Source of the DNA: Leptogorgia sarmentosa
Taxonomy: Eukaryota
Direction of reading: 5' to 3'
Length of the DNA stretch: 64,000 nt
Assembly (NCBI GenBank): GCA_964658305.1
Contig: OZ210884.1
Location: forward strand, 2,728,001-2,792,000
The notes under the pieces are model-generated. The model was given only the letters and a program-made list of their open reading frames with translations, had not been told where the DNA came from and made no database searches. Within the stretch, counting starts at the first letter, position 1. Each line of letters starts with the position of its first letter. Both the position numbers and the translations under genes were made by a program. Shown in pieces: positions 11,487 through 25,070 of the stretch.

Positions 11487-14400
11487 ATGACATGTCAAAA
11501 TTATTGTTCTTTGTTGGGATTCATTTTCCTCGTTCATCATATCATTTGGAGGGTCGAAGGTATATTATAGTACTGGTTATTTAAAAGTTAAAAACCTCTT
11601 TTATTCAGTGCAAGAAATGCAAATTTCAACATTGCGACAAACAAGTTAAACTCGTGCATTCGACGTCAACCATTTGCCGGACAAAATACTTACCTTCATT
11701 TCTAACTGTAATATATGTCATTTATAATTTGCTTCATAACAAATATTATATTGCACTTATCACTAGAAGTTGTATAATTGAAGACAGTGATGGGTTCATT
11801 GATGGGCTTAAAGTATCTTTTAGCGTCGATCAGAGCGTGTAATGGGGCAGCGAACTCCATCACAAATCATTCACAAAAGCAACAAATGTTAGTTAAAGGA
11901 AAATCAGTAAAGTACGAAAATATCTCAGCTTTAAATCTGCACAGATTTTAGTGCATGCTCTGGTTACATCCCGACTTGATTTTGGAAATGCATTGTTACA
12001 CGGATTATCGAACACTGCTCTTGAGCGAATCCTGAATGTTCAGAATGCAGCAGCACGAATTGTCACATTAACGAGGAAAAGAGATCACATAACACCAGTG
12101 CTATTTAATCTATACATTGGCTGCCGATCAAGGAAAGGATTCAATAATTATAAGATACTATGTGAATCTATAGGATCTTTTAAATCAGAATTGAAAACAC
12201 ATTTGTTCCGAATTGCATAGAAGGATTTTATTTAGAGTAATTTTAACTATTTTTAGAACGATATTTATACTTATTAGTCTATTTTACAAACTTTAAATTA
12301 ATCAATTGTTGTAAAAATATCATAAGTTGTAAATTGTAATTTAAAAAGCGCATCTGGATATTTATGGAAGATGCGCTATATAAGAAACTCACTATTATTA
12401 TTATTATTATTATTAATTTTTGATGTTTCGATCTTTATACTTTTCAAAAAAATTAAATAAATGCATGAAGATCGAATGTTTAGTAAAAAAACTCACGTAG
12501 ATTTAGAAATTTATAATTAAACAATCAGTGTCAAGGAATATGCAAGAACGCATATTTAATATGTTTCGCACTGCCGTCACTGCCGTCACTGCCGTCACTG
12601 CCGTCACTGCCGTCAAATTCTTACCCTTCGTATCTAATTCAACCTTTAAATTTGTCAATAACTTGATAATGCAGCATAAATTATATAAGAGGCGCTTCAT
12701 GAATGGCTTCGTGGAAGTAAGAAAGTCATTTCTAGGATAGACTAGGATATATCACAAATGAATGAACGAGTGACTTGATCATGCGGAGAATGTAGAGAAA
12801 AATTTCATGATATTTCAAGAATCCATGTAGTTAGTACTCGACTACATTCCTGTATATTTAAAGTGCATTAATTAGTGCTGGGTCAGATATGATTGTCGTA
12901 TATCAAATTCCGTAAATAATATCAGATATGAAATAATCTTTTTTCTAAGTGGTAGAAAGCTCTATAAAGGTAGAAAGTTCTACTTTATACAATGAATAGT
13001 AATTATTTTAAGGACTTCAGGAATTTTTACAATATTAAATAGTTGTACTCGTGTAAGCTCGTAGTTTAACTATACGGCTTTGTTATATAGTTGGTGTCAA
13101 AGTTCAATTTTCCTGTTTGCTGATTGGACAAAACCGTATCACGTGCCGGTCCACAAAACGTCATGTTCGCCAACCGGTCAAAAATCAAAAAGTTATTGAC
13201 CGGGCAACAATTAAATGGGCACAATGCGCATGCGCGTCAACCGTGAAGTCCAAAGTTCATTCAATCGTTTTTACGATGTTTTAATGGCATAAGGCGTCCC
13301 ATTCAATGTCTGTTTTTTGGTTTCAAGGTTCACTCCAGTATTAAACCGGTGAATTCATTCATATTTTGACACTAAACTATATAACAAAACACTTATTTAC
13401 TGAAACCTCGAGAAACATTGTGTTTTGTGGCCCCTCGACCGCCATTGTTGCCCTCGGCTTCGCCTCGGACAACAACGGCGGTCTCGGGGCCACAAAACAC
13501 AATGTTTCCCTCGGTCTCAGTAAATAAGTGATAAATAGAGAGACTTGTTCTTACACTCCACGTATTGTTTCTTTAATAGGAAACCCTACTCCAACAACAG
13601 GAAATACGTCATCGACAGCAGCATCGCCGACACAATCAACATCTACGACAACAGAAGTTAGGTTCACGAATAAAAGGGAAACCAATCCATTCAAGTTCAC
13701 ATTCGATCCATCATTCTTCAAAGTCATAATGCTGCTAAAAATCTGTTTTTCTATTTTGTGTACCGGGTGGCGCAGAAAAAAGTTTACGCGTTTGATTTAG
13801 TAAAATGAAGAAAGCATAAAGGCTACATCGTTCGAATAAATGTAACCGTAGTCATGGAAGCCTAACTTAAATTTTGAGCTACAACATGTTTATTTACGTA
13901 CAAAAATGACTGAATTATGATCAAATGAAATTTGGAACGAGATTTGGTAAATGTAAAAATAGTGCTAAAAATGCTCTTTCATAAATTTTAGAATTTCTCA
14001 AACATAGTCGCTTGTATGAATTCAGTTTCAGTAGAAACGTTGTTACGAAGCTTTCTCTAAATATTTATTTGTTTTATTATTATTACAAAGCAACATAATT
14101 TCGAAAAAGGTAACTTTTGTCCCTTGGGAAAATGTCCTTTGGGAAATTGAATTTAACTCGCCCTTGCGAAGAAGAATTTCGAACGAATTTAAGTTTCTGC
14201 TTGTAACCAATCAACAACGAGTTTGGGTTTGCTTACAATATGCTACCGTAAATAATGCTGAAGAGGTTAATATACGACGTTGGCCAATTTAATGGGGTAA
14301 CGTTCCTTGTCCGAGTAAACCTAGGGTGATAAAAACTTTTAGCTAATTTTGGGACATTTTAAAAATGCAGTTGCAAATTGAAATGCTAATATCTTGAGTA

Positions 14401-17400
14401 ATACTTTTAATTACGAAAGTACATGTATTATACAAAAAAATTTAAGTAAGGCTTTTATGAATTCAGCTACATTTATTTGAACGATTTATTTGAGCGCTTT
14501 CTTCACTTTACTAAATCCAACGCGTAAACTTTTTTCTGCGCCACCCGGTATAATTTGGTGAACGAAATGCCAAAAGGATGCTCTTTACCATATAAACGAA
14601 TAATTGATAGCGGAAGCCATCTAATTTCCTCTCATGAGAGTGCGAGACGTGAAGTGTGATACCAGATTTCAAGCATTTAAAATATAATTATTATTATACT
14701 CAAAATGCAAATTGACATTTTCTATCATTTTTTTCAGCAAGCTGTTTTTACAATGGATTCTGCTACCCAGTAAGTACATACACACACATGAAGCATGACT
14801 AATATCCTCAATCAGATACAGATCGTGAATCTCCTTCACAACCTGTAACGAACTGTTACGGATTTATAAGAACACTTCACAATGGCAGAACGTGCAGTTG
14901 CTTTAGTTCTAGCAGTTCCTACGACTCGCGAAGAAGCTCATGCACAATTTGACAAACTATTTCGACCCGTAGCTATAAATAAGTGGGGCTTACGATCCAT
15001 GACAGGTCGTGAGTAATTTTATGAACCCATAAATTCCACAGAGATTAGGTATGAGCGCAAAATCGAACTTACTGACTTACTGACTGAAGTTTTTTCGAAC
15101 AACAATAATATTCAATACGATTTCTGGCAATATTTCGATTTCATTCTTCCTGGCTCACAATGTAGTTATATTTAGACCTTGCAGCTTTTCGGTGTAAAAT
15201 CTAAATACTTCTTTCAGCAGGATACATTATTACAAAATTATAACCGTGTTAATAATATGCATAAAAGTATTACTCGACTGTGATTGATTCATTTCAGTGC
15301 AGTTAATCCCAAATCACAGTGCAGTTTTGTGTTATCACAGTGCAATTTCGTATTATCACAGTGCAATATTGTGTTATCACGGTGCAATTTTCTCCTAGCA
15401 CTTTGAACCACGCTAAAAAAGTAAAAATTGTCTCCGAGTCGAAAACATAGCTTTTATCGTGAGTTGAAAATATAGCTTTAATCGTGAGTTTTCCAAAAAT
15501 CTCAAATAGCACTCGTCCTTGTTTCCTTTTACAACATGAAGTTTTAATACCAATGTTAATGTTTAAATCGATGTTTCCTTTTTTAAATCCAAAGTTACGC
15601 ATTCGATAACATAATGGCAATAGCCAGAATCGCATTGGATATAGTATACCAAAATTTGGACGATGATAATTTGGAAAGTATTTGGTGTAAACGTTCGCCT
15701 AACACATCAAACACACAGCTTGTAAGCAGTAGAATTCAGATCCCAAAGGACGCTGCCTGTAGAACTTTGGCACATCTTTCATCGAACTCAAGCTGAATAC
15801 GATCAGCGGACTTCACCTTCTGGGTATTTTAAAGCGCTAGACCGTACTAACTGGAATCACTGCTGACCGTTAACAGCGGGCACCGGGCTTACGATTTCTG
15901 GCCATGCTATACTAACACAAGTGGGAAATTATATTCTACAATATAAAATAAAATTCTGATTTTTTTACAACAGGATTTGAAGTGTTGATTTAGACCATGT
16001 TTCAGAGGGTTCTGTCAGTTCTTTTGTACAATGAACATGTGCAAAAGGACTTTCCATCTTATCAGAGGGTTCTGACAAGCACGATTTTTGTTCTACCACT
16101 ACAAAATGAATGAACTCAAAGCAATTATGTAAATTGAAACATCTTCAGATAAAGTAAAGTTATTTCGCGGATATATCTAAAGATATCGTGAATCGGAGGA
16201 CAATATATTTTGTGAAACGTCGTGATACACGTAGCACGTGTATACACATACACGTAGCTCTGGAATTTGATTAATAAAATTATGACAGTTTCCTTTCCAA
16301 ATAGCTAATACTACCTATATCGAGGAAATTGTTAGTAACGAATACCCATGAAATCATGACATATTAATTTCGTACAAGCAAATTGTTGACAAGGGTGCCG
16401 GAGAAACGGGGCAGGGAGGGCAACTGCCCCCTCTGCCCTAACATTGCGGGTGCCAGCGGTAGCAATTGACTATCCTTTATTCCCACAAAAAAGAATGATT
16501 AAATGTCAAAAATTTATAAAAGCATGAAGAGGCGTTTGTTTTTTCAGAAATGAAATGACATATGGAAGACTCGAGACTTGAATATTTTTCGGAGGGGGTT
16601 CCACAGATTCTCATTAGGTGCCTTTTCGTCCCGGCCCCCGCCGCTCTTCAGTCCCTGCGGCACCCATGATTGTTGATGAAATATAGAAATCTTTCAAATG
16701 TTTTAATATTTTCAAAAAAATCATGTATGAGAATATTGTTGAATAAGCTGCCAGCAACATACTGTTTTGTTTTGTTTTGTTTTAACAAAAACTATAAATT
16801 TGGAAATTTTTATAAAACCATAGCTACTGTTCATCTTTTGTAGTAAATTAAAAAGTCAGCAACCTTTGTTTCTCTGTCATGAAAAAAATTTCAATATTAT
16901 CCTTCAGGTAGATAGCGTCTGGAATGATGGACCTTTCAAAGAAATCACTTGTCAAAATATATCTAATCAATGCTCCTCTGGTGGTGAGAGCCTACAACTA
17001 GAAACAAGAACAATAACGCGAGAACCTTGTCCAGAGGTACTGTAGTATGATTGCTACAATAAATTCGTACATCATCGCAGACCCCCCACAACGTTAACTT
17101 GTTACTAATGAATAAATTTTACATCACCAAATAGTTCATAATTATGATCATGGTTTCAAACTAAATGTATAAAAAAGAAGGTTATCCGAATTTAAATTGC
17201 CATTGTGCGTACATATTACTAAAAGGAGCGGATAACAAGGAAAATATAATTAATCAGAATGTGTCATGTTAACAAAGAGATTACGACGAGTGTAATAATT
17301 TCACCCGAATTATATTAATAATAATTCTTACTATCTATTTTGTTAACTAAATTAAAATCCCATGGGGACTGAATTCCAATATGTTTAGTCTTAATAAACT

Positions 17401-18873
17401 TTTTCACTTTCAGTAGAAAATAATTATTAGCCCAACGGGAAGGACGATAACAATCGGAGGATAACAAATGTCTGATTGTTTGGGCGCTTAAAAAGGAAGA
17501 GTGACAGCGCACCCACCCCACCCCCGCCACCTCATAGACAAATTTCGCCATTTTTAACACAAAAATATTGGCGTAAATTGTTCACGTCATCGACATCTTA
17601 ACAAGTGAGGATATGGAAAATGGTGTCTCAGTTACGAATTTATAACAAAACTTTACACTTTTTTACTAAATATAGCTACTGCGAATACATACATGCAGCA
17701 ACCCCTCCTCGCCTTACTAACGTGGCAAGACTACACTCAACTCAATGCAACTATATTCTATGGCAACGTAAATGTAACATTGTTATAATAACATGGGAAT
17801 CAGGGACGGCGCTACAACGTTCATTTGGGGGGTACATAATTTATTCATAATTTGGCTTTCTGCCGACTGGTTGATTCTGTTGAAATCAGTTGTTCATTTA
17901 TTAATTTCAAAAGAATTCAGTCGGCAGGACGCCAAGAGATGAATATGCACCCCCCCCCCCCCCCCAAATTAAAGTTATAGCGCCAGTCTTGAAGGTAATT
18001 AATATTTTTCGGTATATTTTCGAAGATGAAGAAATACTTAAATTTGATGTAACGCATACGCCTAAAACGTTTTCTGAAACGTTTTACCTAAATACAAAGG
18101 TGTGATCACCTTTTCTTTAATAAGACCGTTTACAGGATAATACTGATTGGCAAATATGCACAAATTTAGCTAATCATAGAGAAATATTGCATAATTATGG
18201 ATAAACTACAATACTGGTTTTTATTATGCCATTATAAATTATTTAGCTACGCCTTATTAAATTTCAGAATTGTACAAGTTCAACAAACGCAAGTGGCTTT
18301 TACCATCCATGTTGTCGTGAATGCGGTAAGGTCAACAACGAATTATAGAAGGCAGTACGCGTCTCTTGTGGTCGTTGATCGTGCCCATGAGACTCTGCCC
18401 ATGCATGAGCAGGTATCCCGAATTGTACCACATGCGTTTCGTACATGATCACTCTTTACAGAACGCATTTCCAGTTTTGTACGCATACATGTGTTGACTG
18501 GTGATAAATCGCACCAAAGGCATGTGGGATATATAAATGGAGAGGTCTATATTAAAAACAATTGTGGCCACTGATTGGCCTTGAAATAAATTCTATAAAA
18601 TTCTTGCAATTTCCAGCCGCAAAGGAAGGAATTATCCTTGAAGATATAGATTGTACCTCCCATCCCGAAACTCTACGCGTCGTGGCAGTCCTGAATGGGG
18701 TTATTTGCACCTCAAAAGACTTAATCGCTATAAATAAATGTAGGGGAGATCACATTCCGTGGAAGTGTGTTCCCATTAAATCAAAAATTATCAAAGTAGC
18801 AATGATCTGTCCTGGTCAACCTGACGATACCATGGACTACGAAATCTACATAAAGTGCGGCTGGATTGACTGA
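11487..18873 (+). CDS. Gene B: paralog of A, secreted VWC + degenerate (6-Cys) cystine-knot protein; exons 11487-11559, [13580-13657, donor mutated], 14738-14769, 16908-17036, 18268-18325, 18617-18873; 182 aa without the bracketed exon
   Basis: The 32-nt and 129-nt exon sizes and the intron phases match gene A. Translation: MTCQNYCSLLGFIFLVHHIIWRVE/ASCFYNGFCYP/VDSVWNDGPFKEITCQNISNQCSSGGESLQLETRTITREPCPE/NCTSSTNASGFYHPCCREC/AAKEG..IDC..VIC..NKCRGDHIPWKCVP..MICP..IKCGWID*. Non-coding exon donor at 11014; AATAAA at 18961. Confidence 0.82.
11951..12415 (+). mobile_element. 5'-truncated LINE (L2/CR1 group) 3' end in intron of gene B
   Basis: VHALVTSRLDFGNALLHGL..VQNAAARIVT..RKRDHITPVL is a typical post-RT C-terminus. 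It is frameshifted at the LHWLP motif and ends in a (TAT)n tail at ~12393-12415. Confidence 0.85.
12568..12614. repeat. 9-bp tandem repeat (CACTGCCGT)x5
   Basis: Seen directly. Confidence 0.9.
13082..13532. repeat. Hairpin-terminated element
   Basis: Inverted GTTATATAGTTGGTGTCAAA / TTTGACACTAAACTATATAAC, followed by a ~140-bp palindrome at 13390-13530 centred on CGGCTTCGCCTCG. Confidence 0.8.
13763..14548. mobile_element. Tc1/mariner-like MITE
   Basis: TA|CCGGGTGGCGCAGAAAAAAGTTTACGCG...CGCGTAAACTTTTTTCTGCGCCACCCGG|TA. Confidence 0.9.
16390..16668. mobile_element. hAT-like MITE
   Basis: Perfect 8-bp TSD ATTGTTGA; termini CAAGGGTGCCG...CGGCACCCATG. Confidence 0.85.
17800..17991. mobile_element. 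hAT-like MITE (degenerate)
   Basis: CAGGGACGGCGCTA...TAGCGCCAGTCTTG with subterminal G and C runs; TSD matches at 6/8. Confidence 0.6.
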
Positions 18874-20060
18874 ATTGGGAGAGTCTAAGACCAAGACCAA
18901 AATTCCCATACCCTGGTACTGTATGAGCATTGAGATTTTAGTGCCATTGTAAAATTTATTAATAAAGGTGTGATAAAAAGAACTTTAGACTGTGGATGTT
19001 TTTTTTATTGCGAAGGAAATTGTTTATGGGAGATATTTTATTCTTTTCATCTTTTAATTCCAATTCTCCCAGAAGTGCGATTTCAACCTCATTGTCTATC
19101 ACCTCACAGTAATAGACAAATCTGATTGGTCGAAACAGAATCGATAAATCTCGTATCTTTTTGTGAGCGTGAGCTCCAGCAGGATACGGATTTCCCCCCC
19201 GGCAATTTATTCAAAATGGCGCCCAACAACAATGCAAATCCAATTTCTGACAAAGAATTAACGCAGAAAAGACAAGATTTGCATAACAAAAGCACTATAA
19301 AAAGTGAGAACGATGCAAATATAAAGTTGGGAGCGTTTTTGAAGGCTCGTCGGATTGAAAACTAATTACTTTCAGTGCCGACAAGGTGTATGACTTGTTT
19401 CGTGAAATTTAAATTTGCTTATAGCTCGGTGATAGACAAAATCCTTGTTCCGAAGGTCTGAGGGGTATACGAGATTTACCCCTCGAAGCCTGGAGCCAGA
19501 ATTTGCTGGCAAACATATATTATACTAAAAAGTTAACTTATGCATAGAGTAAAATGGAAGGTTCAATACTTACATAGTGCAACTCAATTATAAATATTAC
19601 ATAAAACTCGCTGAATGTTATTATTGTCAACTATACCTTAGTAAACAAGATTTAAACCTGTCATGCATGTTCGCGACCAACCAATCTCAAATCATTTTGG
19701 TGCGAATAAGCGAATCAACAACATGTAACTCTCCTGAATACTGAAAAGATAAATGTGCATGCACTATTGCGAATGAATAAAAAAGCATCTTGTAAAATTA
19801 ATAATGACTCTTGTTCTGCACTAAGTATAAGTTGAATATACCATTGGTTAATATACCGTTTTTAAATATCTTTGTTTCAAAAAAAAGAAATATATGTTAT
19901 TTACCAGTTGGGAGGTCCGTACTGGAAAATATTTTGTCGAGGTTTCAAAAACGGCCCGAGGCCGAAGGCCGAGTTACATTTTTGAAATATCCCGTGTAAA
20001 CGGAATATATTATAATATTCGCAGTATATTTACATACTACAACTGTCTATGAAAACTTAC

Positions 20061-20342
20061 CTGTTCCGCACTTTTTACCGCCGATATAGGATCTGGATAG
20101 TCAGATGTAGGACCATTCTCTCCGACAAAATGAAGACTACATATGTAGCTGTATTTAGTGCACACAAACCCATCGCCTCGGTGAGAAGCTTGTATCCATC
20201 GTTTTCGTTTCTCGCCATGGTATTTAGCCCCAGGAAAATGAAGAAAAAAAACTTCATCTCCGTTAGCGTTTTTCTTGAACAAACGAGGAAGCCTCGAGTC
20301 GTTAAAACACGTTCCCCAAGCGCACCTTTTTGTAGTAACCAT
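20061..20342 (-). mobile_element. THAP zinc-finger exon, probably a truncated PIF/Harbinger-ISL2EU-type DNA transposon remnant
   Basis: MVTTKRCAWGTC..FLHFP..RKRWI..YICSLHF is the C2CH THAP signature. It ends at a GTAAGT donor near 20060 with no recognisable downstream exon. Confidence 0.65.
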
Positions 20343-23276
20343 ACTATACTATATACCATAGAATTCTAGTGTTTGTCCTACTTTTCCAATTACCATAGCG
20401 CAATACCCCCCGCGGCGCTTGATGACAAAGATATCTATTGTCCTGACATATTCCAATACAAATGAACTATACAAAGATTCATTTTAAGATTTTTTAGGAA
20501 CTATTTGTAGTAACATAGCTATTCATTTCCTATGTCTTCTTCTGTCGCATTTTCAAATCATTTCTCAGGAAATAACATGTGCAATTTTCTAATGCCCCAT
20601 AGGCGAAACGAGATAATAAGAAATGATAATATTGTTATTGTTATCGTGCGCATCCCAATAGAATAATGGGGAAAATGCGAGACCATTGGACCAAACCTAA
20701 AGCTCGTGTCGGTAAGAGAACTGCAGAAAATTATTCAATTCATGCTCGATGTTGGTGACAAATTTCATTGATATTATTAAATATTTGTACGTGATATGCT
20801 ATATCTCAGATCCGGCAATTGTCAAAATTGATTTATCGTCATAGCCAGAATTTACCGATAGTGGTTGCATGTCTGGATGCAGTAAAAATATTTATTATAG
20901 CTCGGTTATAATGAATGGAAAATTCCGGTTCCGTTCATGCATTTTTATTATTCAACGTTTTGTATCTCATTCTGGTTAATCACATATCCACAACCACACT
21001 CATTTCGAATTAGCTCGCGTGCAAACGCGCATGGAACCTTGATGAGTTACTTTTTTCAGAATTAGATATAAAAATATACACGTTTTTCATACCGCAACCT
21101 CAACATGAAGAAAATAGCGGGACTCTGTTATGACATTTTTCATCTGAATATTTTGAAATTAGGAACTATTGACAACAAATTCATTAACACGAATGCACTT
21201 GAGAAAAAACCCTTCAATATTGATGCATTTGCTTCAATATTGACGTTTTTCCACTCAACACCTCTCCACTCAACGTTTTTCCACTGACGTTTTTCCACTT
21301 TTTCCACTTGTTAAAATTATTTATTTTCCCGTTCGTTTGAAGATACAAACATGGTTAAAATGCGCTTTAGACACTGAAATATTTCGCCGAGAATGTTTTG
21401 TTTTATTCATACTGATGAGACTTTGTTGATGTCTTTTTATCGCTGTAAATACCTCTAAAATATCCCTTAGCCTAATAAAATGAACTTTCCTGTGTTCTTT
21501 ATCGCCTAAAATCGTTTTGAATATTTTTAAAAACCGGCCATTGAATTTTAAGAAACGAAAACATTGGCTGTATTTGTATCTACGAGAATGCGAGCGGTCA
21601 GTACCGTAGGATACGGACCACTTGGCAACCAATCAGAAAGATCTATTTAGAAAAATATTTTGTTCAGGTCTGAAAAACGGCCCGAGGCCGAAGGCCGAGG
21701 GAAGTTTTCCAGACCGAGACAAAAAATTTAATATTTTTCTGTCCGGACCGACCTAAACGGTAAAGAATTTTTTTCATAAGAAATTCCAGTGTAGTGAACT
21801 AGATTTGAGATGAGTTGTGTTTGTTTACTTTGTTACTCCATCGCAAGTATCCATGGCTGCTAAACAGCAAAGGCGAAGTGAAAAATGCCTTCAGTTTTGG
21901 TACAATTGCTGCCTTTTCACGCAACATGACAATCAAAAAAGGTAAATCTATTTATCCTCCTTTCCATTCACGATAGAAATTGTTGAAATATGCTTTAATA
22001 CGGCAGCGAAATATTTCACCGAAAATGTTTGCTTCGCTCTAGAGATTATTTCTATCAAAATGGAACAAAATTTACTTTAAACTTATGTAAATCAACTGGT
22101 TTAAAAAAAGGATGAATTTAAGTTGGGATAAACTCCAAGTTTTCGATATTTATTGAAATTTTTTGCCATAAAATAAGCATACAAACATTTTTATATTTGC
22201 TTCGGCCATTACGTATTTAGGATTCCGGACCGTGGTCAAATATCGTAAAATTCCGCCCGCTACTGCAGCCAATCAGATTGCAGAAAACGTTAGATTCCAC
22301 CCGCTGCTGATTTGCAAAAAAATAGAAACTGTCTTTGTTGTAGATTTAATGTGCATGATCATTTCAATGGAATTTACATGCCTATATTGCTTTCTTTTAC
22401 TCAATCTAAGGTTGGCAATGACGAAACGCCTCGCCTGGGGGGTAGGATATTCTCTTGTGTTTAGTTGGGGTTTTTCATCCCACCTGGCGAGACGAAATTC
22501 CACAAGAGAGTTACTTATTGACGTTTTTTTCGCTAAACGTCTCACACCAAAATGGGAGAAAATCACGTGGTACGTTTCCCGCCGTTGTTTTCGTCTTGTT
22601 CCTTTACGTTTTGAATGCGTGGATACACCTCTAGAGGTAATCTGATTACCTCAAGATATATATTATGCACTAAATAATGAGTCAATGCACGTTCTAGGGA
22701 AAATTAATGGCATGAAGGAATAGTTCCTGTAAAAAATGTGATAGCACCCAGTATAGAGCAATCGCATTGCTCAGTATTATGAGATGTTCAAAGCGATCGC
22801 AGGCCTGATTTTACGTCATCGTTTTCGAAAACTTCCGTTTTCGCCTGGAGAGCGTTTTTGAAAACCTCCGCCTTCCGTTGCCAAAAATGCCGTTTACATG
22901 TGAACGCTACGCCTAAACGGAGAAAAAATATCCACGCATTCTCGAAAATATCCGGATACGTGTGGACGGGGCCTTAAAGTTTTTGCGATTGTTTTCCTGA
23001 TGGGGCAGTAAAAATTGCGTATTATTTCCGGAGGGTAATACGGGAAATCCTGTCTCCCCAACAGCCAAACAGGTTGCACTATTCGCCAAACAAATGCCTA
23101 CCATATAATACAAAATGAAATGATAGATAGCAAGGCTGAATAATAATACGAGCTTAATACAAATAAAATGCCACGTAGTCATCTAGCTACTGTAACTAAT
23201 CCCTATAGACATTCCGTTCACACTGGGGCTTTAAACAATGATATCGATATTAATATTTCGAATAACATTATTAATA

Positions 23277-25070
23277 TCGCAATAACCAACAGCAATTAAT
23301 TGCGGAACACAAAGAAGTATGAAAGCCTCATGATTGTTTCAACGCAAATAGCCTTCATTCCGTGCAAAAATAAATTCTTCATTATACATTTTCGAAAATG
23401 CTTGGGAAAATTTGAGACGGAATAGTGTGAATAAAAATGCAAAAATCGCTCAAAAACGATGATTGTCTAAACGTCATCGTCATCCATGCTTGTATAATTA
23501 CGATAATTGAGCTATCGCGGAGGCGTGCACGGGAACTATAGATCTTGTCGTGAGAGTCAATGCCCAGCAGTAATCTCTTTAGCAACCTAAAAAACAAACA
23601 ATAATTAATAACCGAACTCAGAACAACCGATATAGTAATTATAAATATCTAATGCAGCCCCCAAATTTAAGAAAATTCCGATCATTTTACAATAATTCAA
23701 GTGTTTCAAGCTAATTATCAATCGTACAAATGATGCCCTTCAATAATGGAGATGACAAAATTTCGTTACCTCATAGCGCTTGCAATACGATGCATCCGTT
23801 CCCTTTAATTAATATTTTTTTACAAAGCCCCCCTCGCCAATAATATTCTATGTTAAACATAATTACACTAATTCTATTAATTTTCTTAAATGATATTATT
23901 CTATGGCTTTTTAAAAATTCTCTATTCTGATTGGTTGACAAGCGGTTGGTAAAAATCGAAATCTTGACCGTGGTCCGTATTTTCCGTATCTGGACCTGTG
24001 TCGCGGATGTCGTTTATCTTGGGGGAAACTTCGCTTCGCCAACAGAAAAGAATTTTGCTTTTCAATTTTCCAATTTTCTGACTAAATCATTTTAGATTGA
24101 GGATGTATGTCTACCGTATACTGTTACCCAGAGAAACTGATGATAGCCGATGTTAATTCGCGCGAAAAGAATATGCTCAAATACTCAATTCAGCCATGTA
24201 ATAAACAGTTTATTGACCTCGCTTGTTCGGTCTGTATTGTGAAATATCAGACCTCAATCTTTTGCATTGACCTCGCTCCTTCGTCGCTTGGTCCATACTA
24301 AAAAAACCTCGGTCTGATATTATATAGTACAGACCTCACGCTCGGTCAATAACTCTTTATTATATACTTATGTAAATCTCAAGCCTGTCCATAAGCAGTT
24401 GGTGTCATTTCACGTGCCGCAAATTTTCAAAATATGACTGTAGGTATAGGCGTATAGCCTAGCTGATGTTTATAATTATTTATTTTATATTTTGAAGTAC
24501 TTTAAATTTTTGTCAGCGGTTTCATAAATGATCAGAATTTACTTTTATTTTGCAAAAAACTATGCAATCAAAATAATGGTTGATCAAAGGACAGTGAAAG
24601 AATCTTTCATTGATAGTAATAGTAGGTGTCGCAATAACAAACAGCAATTAATTGCGGAACTTTGGGCTATAAATATGACAGAAAGCAATGTGAAAGCGTT
24701 ATGATCGTGCAAAAATCCTTCATACCGTACAAAAATAGAATTCTCCATATTCAATTTCGAAAATGCTTGGGAAAATTTGGGAAGGAATAGTGTCAATAAA
24801 ATGCGAAAATCGCTCAAAAACGACCATGCATATGCTTGTGGATCATTGAGCCATCGCGGAGGCGTTCAAGGGAACTATGGATCTTGTCGTGAGAGCCAGT
24901 GCCCAGCAGTAATCTCTTTAGCAACCTAAAAAACAAACAATTAAACACGGAACTCTGAACAACCGATATAGTAATTATAAACATCTAATTCAGCCCCCTG
25001 AATTGCGAAAATTACGAGGATTTTATATTAATTGAAGTGTTTTAAGCTAATTATTAATAGCACAAATAAT
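23277..25070 (+). repeat. Older direct duplication of ~450 bp (23277-23730 and 24628-25070)
   Basis: Shared TCGCAATAAC..CAGCAATTAATTGCGGAAC..GCCCAGCAGTAATCTCTTTAGCAACCTAAAAAACAAACAAT..CAGCCCCC. Confidence 0.85.
23899..24360 (+). repeat. Dispersed hairpin-terminated element; second copy 31553-32022
   Basis: The two copies are clearly alignable (CTGATTGGTTGACAAGC..CGTGGTCCGTATTT..TATTGACCTCGCTTGTTCGGTCTG..CACGCTCGGTCAATAAC). Confidence 0.85.

Noticed and set aside
12503..12740. ORFs with TAVTAV repeats on both strands
   Set aside because: Artefact of the 9-bp tandem repeat.
14790..15900. Coding-like patches in the gene B intron (MAERAVALVL.., NLESIWCK)
   Set aside because: Interrupted by stops and too short to assign; likely retroelement debris.
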